In this document: in pieces, positions 51,170 to 62,386 of the stretch
Layout: each line of letters starts with the position of its first letter
How positions within the stretch are numbered: the first letter of the stretch is position 1
Source of the DNA: Microthyrium microscopicum
Lineage: Eukaryota
Direction: 5' to 3'
Length of the DNA stretch: 64,000 nt
NCBI GenBank assembly: GCA_010405405.1
Contig: MU004235.1
Coordinates: 262,538 to 326,537 of the forward strand
Made by a program: the position numbers and the translations under genes
Notes under the pieces: model-generated
What the model saw: only the letters and a program-made list of their open reading frames with translations
The model's database searches: none
Told to the model about the DNA's origin: nothing

Positions 51170-52704
51170 TCACGGCATCCAAACTGCTTCCATAATACCC
51201 ATACGACTGCCCTCCGGCTGCGTATGGCCGAGATATTTGAACCGTGGATCCGCATCAGCAAACAATTGCGTCCAATCAGCATCATCGCGCTCTTTCGCAT
51301 TCAATAACGCCAACATTGTCAAATCCATGGACCTATAATTCATCAGTAGCTGCTCAATATCTTAGTTATATGCACTTACCTAGTGATCTTCTCATCCCAC
51401 AGATCTGGATAGCCATCCTCGCCAACAACCGGCAAACAGTTATCATGAATAACAATCTTCGCCCCTGGTTTCAGCGCCGGAATAAGCTGCCTCATCATTT
51501 TAACGCCATACTTATCCGACTGATTATGGCAAATCCAGCGAAAAAAGTAAATATCTGCGTCCTTGACCGGCTGCTCCGTATAGAAATCATGAGCCTGGAA
51601 TTCGATCCTCTCCTTGAGTTCCGGTGGACACTGCGCAATACCCATATCGATCGTCTTCTGCATATCCTGCACCACGAAGCGAATATTGGGAAACTTCTTC
51701 GCCAATTCAGCACAAACGAAGCCTGTGGATCCACCAATCTGATACAAAAAGTTAGTTTACGAGTTTTGCAAATGGTATTAGAGGACTCACATCAACGACC
51801 AAGCCGCCCTTCTTATTCACGGCCTCCCAGTCATACCCATCAACAACCCAACTAACCTCATACCCCTCCCCACCCGTCAGACTCCCCATCGCAGCGCCAA
51901 ATCTCTTCGCCAGCACCGGATCTTTGCCAATACTCTGAAACATTGGTACACCCGGACAATGAGCCAATGCATAGCCCGCCTCACTTGGCTCCTCGCTGCT
52001 CGGCGTCGCCACCATACTATCGATCGCACGAGCGGCGGCGCCAAAGAATTGGCCAGAGCAGACAGATGCCCAAGCAGCCATTTGTGGATCGCGAGCGAGC
52101 ACAGAGGAAGCGGCGGAGTGTGCGACGAGGCCGGGGGACGGCTCGCGGAAAAGACGAGCTGTTATGGCGTGCCGGATGAGACGTTTGATGTTTGTGGTGG
52201 ATTGGGATGTTGCGGTTGCGAGGGCGGTGTAGGTTGTTGTGCCGGATAGTGGCACGAGGTTTGCGAGATTGAATGTTGTTATGGCTTGGATGGAGAGGTT
52301 GTCCCAGTACTAGCGGATGTTAGGTATTTCATCGGCATTGCCGTATTGGAAAGCACGATTAATTTGCATTCAAAATGATTGTATGTGTATTGATTCACAC
52401 AGAGAAAGAATATCACAGGAGAAATGTGGTGAAGACTTACACTCCATGAAAGCCAGCGAACATGCTCTCGTGGTCCCACCAGAAGGTCATGAAGCTCCTG
52501 AGTGGCAAGGACAACTGCTCGCCGCGCCGTTTGAATTTCTACATTGGTGATTGGCACAGGAAAGTCGAGAGGACTATCTACATCAAAAGATGGAGTAGGA
52601 AGGTCATTAGCTTTGAAATGAGCATCGATCTTATTGGTATTCTCAGATATAATGTTGGAAAGCTCCACTATTCTCGAAGAGGTAGTTGTGCCGTTAGTCG
52701 CCAT
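51170..52704 (-). CDS. SAM-dependent O-methyltransferase (fungal secondary-metabolite type), 4 exons
   Basis: VVD|IGGSTG, VVQD, AHDF, FRWICHN, ALKPGAK, DLTMLALLNAKER. Confidence 0.9.
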
Positions 52705-53752
52705 CGTCTCCACGACTTCCGGAGTAAAAGGGCTTGGCAAATGGATGCCATGATGTGTATTGTTGGGCATGAGCTCTTATATACTACAATGTTCCTTTGG
52801 CGGGGACCGGCTGTAGACCAAGATGGCAGAAGCGGCACATCGGGCAGTTGTTTGGGCCATTCGTACAAAATGATTCGTACAATCTAGTAGATGCAAGAGG
52901 AAGTAGCTGCAGCAGCGCTACTGGTAAAGTCTTGGTGGTTGCATGGCTTTTAGCCGTGTCTCCCCACGGTTCCAGGTAGACGGATCATATTCTTTATTCC
53001 CAAGCTCTTTCGTTTAAATTGGAGTTTGTCAAAACATTGGAGGTTGAGTGAAGTGCTGGTGCCTGAAAAAGCAGAAGCCTCAAGCTTATAGAGGTTTCGT
53101 GCTCAATGGGATTACGCGTCTATTGCGACCACTCTCAATGAGCATGGCAAATTGGGACGAGGCGAGCCTCTAGCACTTATACCTGATTATAACAATGGTG
53201 ATAAACAGGCCGAATGGAAATTGACGATTATTCCAAACCTTGTTTGTCGGAAGGCAGGACCTCGAGAAGATCATTTGGATGAGCTGACTTATCCACGCTA
53301 CAAGTGTATGAGGGCTAGTGGGTATATTATATTCGTAACTATAGGGTATCGGCTGGGATTAGTCTTGGCATTAGACAAGCTTGGACGAATACGGAGTACG
53401 GAGATTATGTAGGCGGTTGGGTCCAGGTTCAAGGCAGTCGCGCTTCGCCGCTTGTTGGTCGCGGTTGCCGATGCTCCGCCCCCCTGCCGCCAGCCAAACT
53501 CCATCTGATTCCAACCATGCCATGCAACTGCACAGGCAAGCAACTATCCAACCCAATCCATTTCAACTTCACCATATCACCAATCTGTCACTCCTCTCGC
53601 TTTGAGCAGCTTCACTCACAATCCGGCCCTTCTTGTCGTCCTCCCCTTTCGACTGCCGTAATAATCATCACGACCTAGCAAGCTCATGCTGCCAATCCTC
53701 GCATCCCCCTCCAGCCTCTGTCTAACCTCGAATCCGGATACCTGTTCTCGCC

Positions 53753-55839
53753 ATGCCTTCCATACTCTCCGTCGATGACAAGGAGCTTGTCAGAAGGATT
53801 GTTCCTAAGCCCGCCAACAAGATCTTTGCCGTTGCTGTTGCAAGGTTATACATAGCTTATCCCAATCGGCTGAAATGGACATACACTGGGCTTCAAGGCG
53901 CCGCTGTCTTAGCACTGGATAAAGTTGGAAGCACTTTTTGGATCAAATTGGTTGACATAAGTGTATGAACTCACTGCTTCAACATATGGGACAGCTTGCT
54001 AATGTTTCTAGCCTGCCAATCGAGGCGTCATTTGGGACCAAGAGATCTTCGATACTTTTAGCTATAATCAAGATCGTACCTTTTTTCATACATTCGAAAC
54101 CGAAGAATGCCTCGTCGGGCTCTCCTTTGCTGATGAGAAGGAAGCAAAGACTTTTCGAAAGAAAGTTGATGAGAGAGAAAAGAATGCCGACAAGGCTACT
54201 AAAGCGCGCCCGTTTGCCCTTGCCGCTGGAATGGCCAATGGCGTCCACTACCCGAGCCCGGAGAAACAACATCATAGCTTGTTTGGAGGTTTATTCGGAG
54301 GACATAAACATGCGAATGCTGTCCAAGAGCCATACAATCCAGTCATGTCATCACCGTTTGCCTTGGCGCCACCACAACCGCAAGTCCAGGCTAAGCGCAG
54401 CTCTTTTGCAGACAACCTCGATCCGAAATTTAAAGATGAGTTGGCAGGAATGGGGGTAACAGAAGAAATGTTGGAGGATAACAAGGACTTTGTGCTGTCT
54501 TGGCTCAAGGAGAAGAATGAACAAGAAGAAAGAGCTGCGTTGCGATCAAGAGCACCACCACCTCCGCCACCATCCGGACCGCCTGGTGTGAAGCTATCTC
54601 CAAGCGCAAGTGCTGCATCGCGAAGAGGTGCTCCACCAGCTCCTCCGCCGCCAAGACGAGGTGCTCGCCCAGATCCTCCGTCGAATCTGTCATCACAACG
54701 GACACCATCACCTCCCCCTCCACCAGGGCCAAGATTTAGGGTACCACCACCACTTGCCAATGCTGGATCACTTGTGGGCCAGGTTCAGGAGAATGGCAAC
54801 CGATCGCGAGCTGGGTCTAATGCGACGCCTGGTCCACCACCACCGCCGAGACAAAAGGTGGAAGAACCAACTGTAATATCACCACCAAGATATCCTGTGC
54901 CCCCGCCATTTCCGCGAACAGTGGCCAGTCCACCACCACCTACGAGAAATGCGGCTCCACCACCTCCGCCAAGGGAAGCGTCTCCAGCAGCCCCTCCAAG
55001 GTTACCTCCTATCACGAATGGGCAAACCTCGCCAGCTGCACCACCTCCACCGCCTCCAAGTGCATCTCGACCAGTCCCAACTCCTCCGACTGCGGCTCCA
55101 GCTCCTCCACCACTACCATCCATGGGCGCACCACCACCACCGCCTATGCCAGCCAAAGTACCATCTCCTCCACCAGTGCGAGCTGTTCCTCCTCCCCCGG
55201 CTGCAAGCGCCCCTCTCCCTCCTCCACTACCTTCCTCGAATGCGCCACCTCCACCGCCTCTCCCAACGTCCCAGGCACCTCCTCCGCCTCCACTGCCTTC
55301 AAACAATGCGCCGCCTCCTCCACCACTCCCATCAAACAATGCTCCTCCTCCTCCACCGTTGCCGTCCTCCAACGCGCCTCCACCACCTCCTCTACCATCG
55401 AACAACGCGCCACCGCCTCCTCCTCTCCCATCATCAAGTGCTCCACCTCCACCACCCCTTCCCAATGGTACAGGCCACGGCGCTGGTCCCCCACCACCTC
55501 CCGGTCCACCCCCGGCTGCGTTACCTGCGGTTCCAGCCGGCCGAGGTGGTCTCCTCGCCGATATCCGCGGAGGCGCGAGGTTGCGCAAAGTGTCAGATCA
55601 AGAGAAGCGTGATCGCAGTGCCGCAGCCGTACCTGGTGGAGAAGCTGACTCGCCAGCCTCAGGAGCTGTTGCCGGAGCGGCGGCAGCAGGTGCAGGCGCG
55701 GGTATGGCGGGCGCGCTGGCTAGTGCGCTAGCGAAGAGGAAGGGCAAGGTTGCTGCTAGTGGTAAGTTTTCTGTCATTTTATGTATCAAATGGTTGCTAA
55801 TTATTGGTAGATGATGAGGACGATGAAGATGATTGGTGA
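53753..55839 (+). CDS. LAS17: WASP homolog Las17/Wsp1, 3 exons
   Basis: WH1 domain ([12 protein letters not shown]...WTYTG), polyproline region, WH2 ([15 protein letters not shown]), central helix and acidic DDEDDEDDW tail. Confidence 0.95.
55209..55472 (+). repeat. Coding minisatellite in LAS17: 8 x 33 bp encoding [11 protein letters not shown]
   Basis: Eight consecutive 11-aa units with diverged synonymous sites. Confidence 0.9.
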
Positions 55840-56238
55840 AAGACTATGGCTTGTTGTTACATAAAGGGATGACTGTTATATGGTTTCGCATTACAAAGTA
55901 TGCGGTTTGACCAGTTTTGTCATGGGCGCATAAAATTCAAAACTGGGCATGTGGATAGGTTAAAACTCGCTTTTGTTAATACCCCTTGCTGCCTTTGTTT
56001 GCGCTTCAAATGGAGAGATTTTGGATTGGTGGGTTGGTTGATAGAGATAGTCAATATGAATGCCGCTTGCTGTTGAAATGTAAGTTCATTTCCGAGGTTT
56101 CGTCTCAACCCATGAGGCTCAACGTGCTTGCATGCAGGATGCATGATCTCGCTTCTGCCTGGAATCCAGAATTCCTCATGGTACAATTATTATTTTCAGG
56201 TGGAAACATCTTCTATCCCGGCCATCATACTAAATACC

Positions 56239-57324
56239 ATGAATAAGGATAACTTCACTGATGAAGATGTCTTTGTCCATCTTTCCCATCGGCCGACCCG
56301 CATTCTCCAAGGTGTCATTTCCACAAACGACTCCACCAAACCATCGTTCAAAGCAATTGAACGCGAACACCACTCCTCTCTCGGCCGACTATCTCGCCTC
56401 CCTCTCGAAATTCTCCATGAAACTCTGGTCCATCTAGACATCCAATCTCTCCTTTGCCTCTCCCATGTGTGCGCACAATCCAAAGCCATCGTCGATTCCA
56501 TACCCATCTTCTCCAAGCTCGCTACACATGCTAGCCATATATTCACCATCTTCCACCAGGCCAAAATCCTCAATCTACACTCAATCAGCACACTGTATGA
56601 AGCCCTCCAATCTGATCGCTGCGTATCCTGTGGCGCGCATGGCCCATTTCTCCACGTCCTTTTGGCCAGTCGGTGCTGCGCTATATGTTCAATGGTAAAT
56701 CAGTCACTTTGGGTGACATCGCTGCCACTAGCTATGCAAGCGTTTGCACTTACGAAGGAGCAAGTGGGCTCGCTGCAGGTCATGTGGAGTATACCTGGCA
56801 AATACGGAATCGTTGGTAGAATATCGCGCCAACAATCTATTAGGCTCGTTAATGTGAGAGCTGCGAAAGTTTTGGCGTTGGGAGATATGTCAATGATGGA
56901 TTGGGATCTTTTGCATCCGTTGGATGAGAGAAATATACCGACAGCGGATAAGTTGGCTTTGCTGCAATGGTATCGAGCGGCGCCCTTGAGCGGGCTTAGG
57001 AGGGATCCGTGTACCATTAACGATGTGAATGTTGGGGGAACGGATAGGTTTTGCGAAATGGGCGTTGTGCCGTTTCCGACGCTTGTTGATGGTGCTGTTG
57101 AGAGTGGTCTTTGGTGTCGAGGTTGTAAGATGACATACGATAAGTATATTGCTGGTATGGATGCTGTTACTTTGTCACGGTTGATCCCAAAGGGGTGTGA
57201 TGATAGGCGCTTTCTGTTCAGAATGACATATAAGAGCTGGTCGAAGGCGGAGCTGGTTAAGCATGCGAAGATATGTTGCTCTGCAGCTGCGGTTATTTCT
57301 GAAGAACGGTCATCTGTAGGCTGA
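56239..57324 (+). CDS. F-box domain protein with Cys-rich motifs
   Basis: LGRLSRLPLEILHETLVHLDIQSLLCLSHV F-box; CVSCG, RCCAIC and WCRGC. Confidence 0.85.
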   Translation: MNKDNFTDEDVFVHLSHRPTRILQGVISTNDSTKPSFKAIEREHHSSLGRLSRLPLEILHETLVHLDIQSLLCLSHVCAQSKAIVDSIPIFSKLATHASHIFTIFHQAKILNLHSISTLYEALQSDRCVSCGAHGPFLHVLLASRCCAICSMVNQSLWVTSLPLAMQAFALTKEQVGSLQVMWSIPGKYGIVGRISRQQSIRLVNVRAAKVLALGDMSMMDWDLLHPLDERNIPTADKLALLQWYRAAPLSGLRRDPCTINDVNVGGTDRFCEMGVVPFPTLVDGAVESGLWCRGCKMTYDKYIAGMDAVTLSRLIPKGCDDRRFLFRMTYKSWSKAELVKHAKICCSAAAVISEERSSVG

Positions 57325-57469
57325 ATATAAGAAGAACTTTATCATAGAAATAAAGTATCTGATGAAATGTACTGATGTGAACCTTCGCGTAGGCATTACT
57401 CGGAGTTGACTTCATATACTCTACGTTGGGAGTTTTAGCCGCAAAAAGAGCGTACATGTATGGAGCTTG

Positions 57470-57670
57470 ATTGCAGAGACAGACTACGATAGACTGATGC
57501 ATGAAATCTATTTTGATACTGCTTGTCAGCTGTTGTCGAGTCCAGCCGAGTCTCATTTTGTGCGGGGGCGAGCTGATCATCATGAGGATGAATGTATCAA
57601 TGGAGTTGCTGAGAGATTCAGCAACTTCCCGTCGTGGATGCCTCGCTGGGACAAGAGGTACCGACTATAA
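57470..57670 (+). pseudogene. Possible fragment of a HET-6-like heterokaryon-incompatibility gene
   Basis: DYDRLMHEIYFDTACQLL...FPSWMPRWD resembles the DY...EVY..A..LL and PSW.PDW motifs C-terminal to HET domains; no full ORF. Confidence 0.4.
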
Positions 57671-58001
57671 TTGCTCTCTAGCATTCGGTACTGATGCCAA
57701 GCTGGAGGAAAAAGTGGGTTCAAAACGAGCGTTCAGGACGATAAGACATTGCTACTCTCCAGCAGCATGTTCGATCGGATTATTTGGGTATCCGATCAGA
57801 ATGTCGATGCAGATTGGGATCTAAACAACGAGACTTGGAGTAGGAACCTGCGCTACTGTGGCATACCTTCCATTGATTCTCTTCGGGTCAAAGTTTAGCA
57901 CGCATTTCAACTGCAGTGTTCTTGGCCTTCGCGGGTCAAGGCCTTGCATGGTACGTCAAGAGGTCCAGACATCCTTTGAAAGCGCCTTTTACACATCTTC
58001 T

Positions 58002-58964
58002 CTACATGTCTTCATCTGACACTTCTTCAATTTCCACGCGCTTCGTTCCTTGCTCGACTTGATCAGCAGCCATTTCTGTATCAGTAACACCATCCTGCTC
58101 CACAGCCCTGACTTCTTCTTCGAATCGCCTGGCCTCCTCGTCCAGATCAACCGCGGGCCCCTCTTTCATTTCTCTGGCCATCAAGCGCTGAACAGTCTCT
58201 TTCTCAGCCTCATCAGCCGCCTTCTCCGCCACCCTACTTGCTGGCACAGCACTGTAACCAGCCTGCTCCAGCCGATCCGCCTCCTCTGGCTCCAACAGCT
58301 TCCCTCCCTCTCCTCTTACCGCCGCCATCTTGCTTGCCACGACAGTCGGCACGAACCGTGACACTGCCTCTTTGTGCAAGTCTCGTATTTGCGGCGCCGA
58401 AGAATATGTCGTTTGCGCCGGCTGCACTGGCACCACCACCTTCCCCCTGCCCGGTATTGGTTCGAAATTCGGATTCCCAGGCCTCCTCTTTCTCGGGATC
58501 GGCGGCATATTCTCCACATCTCCCGGCATAGGAATATCTCTCACATCCTCATCCGTTTCCGACTCTGGAGTCCTAGACCTCTGCCGTCTCTCGCCACCCC
58601 TTCCACGCTTGCCTAGCACCCCACGATCCCTCCGATCATCGCCACCATACCGCCTATCCTCACGTTCTTCACGCTCGGGTTTGTCAGGTACGCCAGCGAC
58701 CTCACGCGCCTTCCGTATCCGTAGCACATCACGCTCAAGCTCTTCAAGCTGTCGCTTCTCGTGTGCCTTTAACGCGCCGCCGTTGGCATCGCGTTGTTCT
58801 ATGAGGGAGTCTATTTGGCGCTGGACGCGGTCTGGATTGCGACGAGCGAGTTTCTCGGCGCGTTGGGCGGCGAGTTGTGTTTTTTGCTTTTTGATGGATT
58901 TTTTCTTGTCGGCTTTTAGGGCGGCGGTTGCGGGGTTGACGGAGCGTTCTTTGCCTTTGGCCAT
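58002..58964 (-). CDS. WBP11: WW-domain-binding protein 11 (splicing factor) homolog
   Basis: MAKGKERSVNPATA...RAEKLARRNP Wbp11 N-domain; SSAPQIRDLHKEAVSRFVP. Confidence 0.85.
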   Translation of the reverse strand: MAKGKERSVNPATAALKADKKKSIKKQKTQLAAQRAEKLARRNPDRVQRQIDSLIEQRDANGGALKAHEKRQLEELERDVLRIRKAREVAGVPDKPEREEREDRRYGGDDRRDRGVLGKRGRGGERRQRSRTPESETDEDVRDIPMPGDVENMPPIPRKRRPGNPNFEPIPGRGKVVVPVQPAQTTYSSAPQIRDLHKEAVSRFVPTVVASKMAAVRGEGGKLLEPEEADRLEQAGYSAVPASRVAEKAADEAEKETVQRLMAREMKEGPAVDLDEEARRFEEEVRAVEQDGVTDTEMAADQVEQGTKRVEIEEVSDEDM

Positions 58965-59366
58965 GATGGCTGTGATAATGCGATAGTGGGATGAGTGGAG
59001 CTAGGATTGCTGAGGCGGTATATGGGGAGGTTGTTGCGTGGAGATTTTAATGCGATTAGAGATGAAGTTGAAGTTGGATTATTGGTGACGATTTTTGGTG
59101 GTCTGAGCGTCCACGAGGCTGAATGACAGCCTCGTGGTTCCCACGTTTTGGCAACTGCGACATGAATATCTTTACTGACACAGAAGTAGCCTTGTTAAAG
59201 GAAGAAAATTTATTGTTTACAAACCTGTAAGCGAACGGCCTTGAACCTACCATATTGTGCTCTTACGCGCCACTTCAGCATAAACGCCCTCAAAATATTT
59301 ATCCATGTTTACCCCATATAATGCATCTTTCCATCAAAGTCCTTAAGCCAGTCTGAGCATATCTTT

Positions 59367-61065
59367 TTATAAATCCCATCTCATAGCCTGTTCTTCTGGT
59401 GCCTCAATGATGTTCTCCGTCTTCACCAATGGTCCCAAACGCTCCTTCAGCTCGTCCACACTCATCTCACCCTCCTCCATCCAGTATCCGCGCTCCTCCT
59501 CAGTCTTTGCGCCAGGGGTCTTTGGTGGGATCAGAATAGAGTTGACGACTTGCACCACACCGTCCTTGGCGAGTCCATCTTGCACAGCAACAGTCACGAA
59601 AGCATTGACCTTCATGCTGACAAATGGTCCACGTCTGATCACGTCCACAGCAATTGGCTTCTCGAGTAATGTTGGCAGATCAACATGTACATATGCAGTC
59701 TTCACGCTCTTCACGTGGCCGACTTCCGTTTTGTGGCATCCATGATCACCCGCTTCGAAGAAGTCCCGGGTAGTCTTCTTCTTGCCGTCGTAGTATGCTG
59801 TGCTGTAGAGCGTGCGGTCTGGCACGACATGGTAAGACAGGAGGGCCTTGAGATATTTCTCGCCGTATTTGGAAAATAGGAAGGCGTTGGCACGCGGTCC
59901 GAGACGTTGAAAGGCACGGTTGGTAGGCGCAAAGAGTGTGCCGCCGACAGTGTCTTTACCGGTAGTGTTGAGGGTGTCGAATAGACCAGTTCTGACGAGA
60001 CCCAGTTCAAAGGTAGAGAATGTGTTGGGTAGGTGAGTAATGATGGCTAGGGCTGGTGGTGGAGGTAGGAGGATTGCGGATGTGCCGTGAATTATGCCGT
60101 TAACGGCGGGCTAATGATGGTTAGTTTCTAGGTTCGGGAGAGAACAGAAGGAGACTTACGATATTGGCAGCAATCACGCGATTGTAGTAGTTGACTCTTA
60201 GACCACGGATAAAGCCAAACCAACGGGTTAGAACTCGTTGGGGGTGGCCACCTAAAGAGTCTGGTTCGAGTAGGGTTGGCGATGTGTGAGCAAAGACGAG
60301 TTTCCAGGACGGGTAGACGCCTGGAAGGATGTGGTAGAGTATCACCTTCTTGATGACAGACTTTGGTACCTTAGGAAGATGCTTCGGCAATTTAGAAAAT
60401 GCGTAGTCCGTTGGGGCGAAGATGGTGTAGTTGGCCTTGGTACTGTTGAGTAGTTTAACTAGCTCTTTGTCTTCGTCAATGATCATGGTTAGATTCTTCG
60501 TGTAGTTTGACTTTGAGATCAACTCATAGATGGTTAGGTTGGGCTTTCCGTGATGATGACCGTGTGGAAAATGAGGCCAATGAAAGTGTGGCTTCTTGGG
60601 TTTCTTTCCATGCTTTCCATGCTTCCCATGTTTTCCATGCTTCTTTCCCTTCTTTCCCCACCATGGCGGTCTCTTGTGCTCCCCAGGTGATCCAGGAGGT
60701 CCATGGTGTGGTGGTTTATGTGGTGCATCAGTGGATGGCGAAAGAGGGTTTTCGAATTGCTCAAGCGCACTTTCAATCCAGGAAAAGTCAAATGGCGATT
60801 CTGATTTATCGTCATCTTTGTGGTGACACTTGTGCTTTGACTTTGAAATCGCATCGTCCAATGGATGTGGTAAAGATTCGGATACGTGCTTGAATGGCTT
60901 CTTCAGTCGGTGCGTCAGTTTGCCCCATGATGGAAGTCGATCCAAAAGTCCATGTCTGGGTTCAGAAGACGACTCAATCGGAATCTGAGCAAACACTTCT
61001 GCATCTGGAACTACGAAAGCCGTAGCTACAGCCGCAAGCGGCAATAAAGTCAAGGCAGTTCTCAT
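59367..61065 (-). CDS. Fasciclin (2x FAS1) domain protein with His/Lys-rich linker, 2 exons
   Basis: Signal peptide MRTALTLLPLAAVATA; YTIFAPTDYAF...YH and TLFAPTNRAF...YH; NGIIHG and DGVVQVVNSILIP. Confidence 0.92.
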
Positions 61066-62386
61066 GATTTCGATGTCTACCAGAACTGAGGTAGGAGGAG
61101 GATGGAACAAGAGACAATACCAAGATGGAGGGGCGCCAATACCTATGAAGTAAAACGATCTAGGTCACTTTGTACGCGTATGCTTGAACGATGCAGGGCG
61201 AGAGGACAAATCAGAATGCTCTCTGGAACGCCTAGTACATCACTCCAGCATCTGTATTTAGGCTAAACCGCTTGTAACAGAGGGAGCTAGAAAAGGAATA
61301 GATATGTCTAGGTAAAACATGTAAACAAAATCCTCCATAACTTTCAAAACTTATGATTGAAGACAGGGCATCAAGTAAAGTTGTTTGTTTGCTTAAAGAA
61401 CTCATTCAATGATCAGAATAACATAGCCTCCCTAGGTGAAACGACAGCGTTAAGGGCAAATGTTTATGACACTCGCTCAAGGGACTATTATGCGCCATCA
61501 TTGGCTGCATTTGCGGAGAGTTCTCGCATTTACTGATTCCAAGGAAAGGCATATCTGCTGAAAACTCCTGTAACTTATGATGATTATAAATGTAGGTCGA
61601 GATCAGAGAAATGGATGACGACAAGATGAGGCTTGATCTCGAATGTGTGTCAACCCCACAAAATCAACAGTTCTTGTCGCAGATTGGCTAGAATTGCAGC
61701 CACACCAGATCGGTGTTCGGAAAACCAGGGAGTCCGAGGCCGACGATAGCGAATAGCTTTTACTCTAGAGTCTCTGGGCCACTGGACTCGGGATTGAGAA
61801 GAAAGCCCATGATCTCTATAACCCGAATTGAGTGGGAGAAGACACAATTGTTCGGTCTGATTTTGCCCTGAATTCGATCATGAAAGTGAACGACTGATCT
61901 TCTCATGGAACATAGATGTCAGTGCTTCATCCCATGGTCAAAGCTCGCAACTGTTTCTATGATGGGAATCGATCGGGCGACTCGAGAACTTGCTTGCTTT
62001 AAAGCTCATGCGATATTGTTTGTCCTACCATATGATCTGTGATTGGGATGAGGAGGGTGGAAGAAACCAGAATCAAGCGCTAAAAGATTGGCAACTGCAC
62101 ACGGCGAATATACGGTATACGCTAAGCGCTCGGGGACTAGCGTATTTTGCTCTTTCTCTTCATGTCCTGAAGAAGAAGTTCAGCCAACTACACCTGATAC
62201 TCATTGACTTGAGTAGGCTCTACAATCAAGGTAAAGGACGTCTTCGACGGCTCCATCGACTAGAAATACAGTTAAGGATATGTAGGTTCTTAGGTACAAA
62301 GGTATTGATTGATTAACCGCCATCTCGCCACCATCCACACGAGCAACTGTTCAAGGCGCGTGTCCTCCAGTTACCAGAGAGCTGTT

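Noticed and set aside
41840..52704. Secondary-metabolite cluster (copper enzyme, SnoaL-like, tannase, O-methyltransferase)
   Set aside because: No PKS, NRPS, terpene synthase or pathway regulator, and the genes are interleaved with housekeeping genes.
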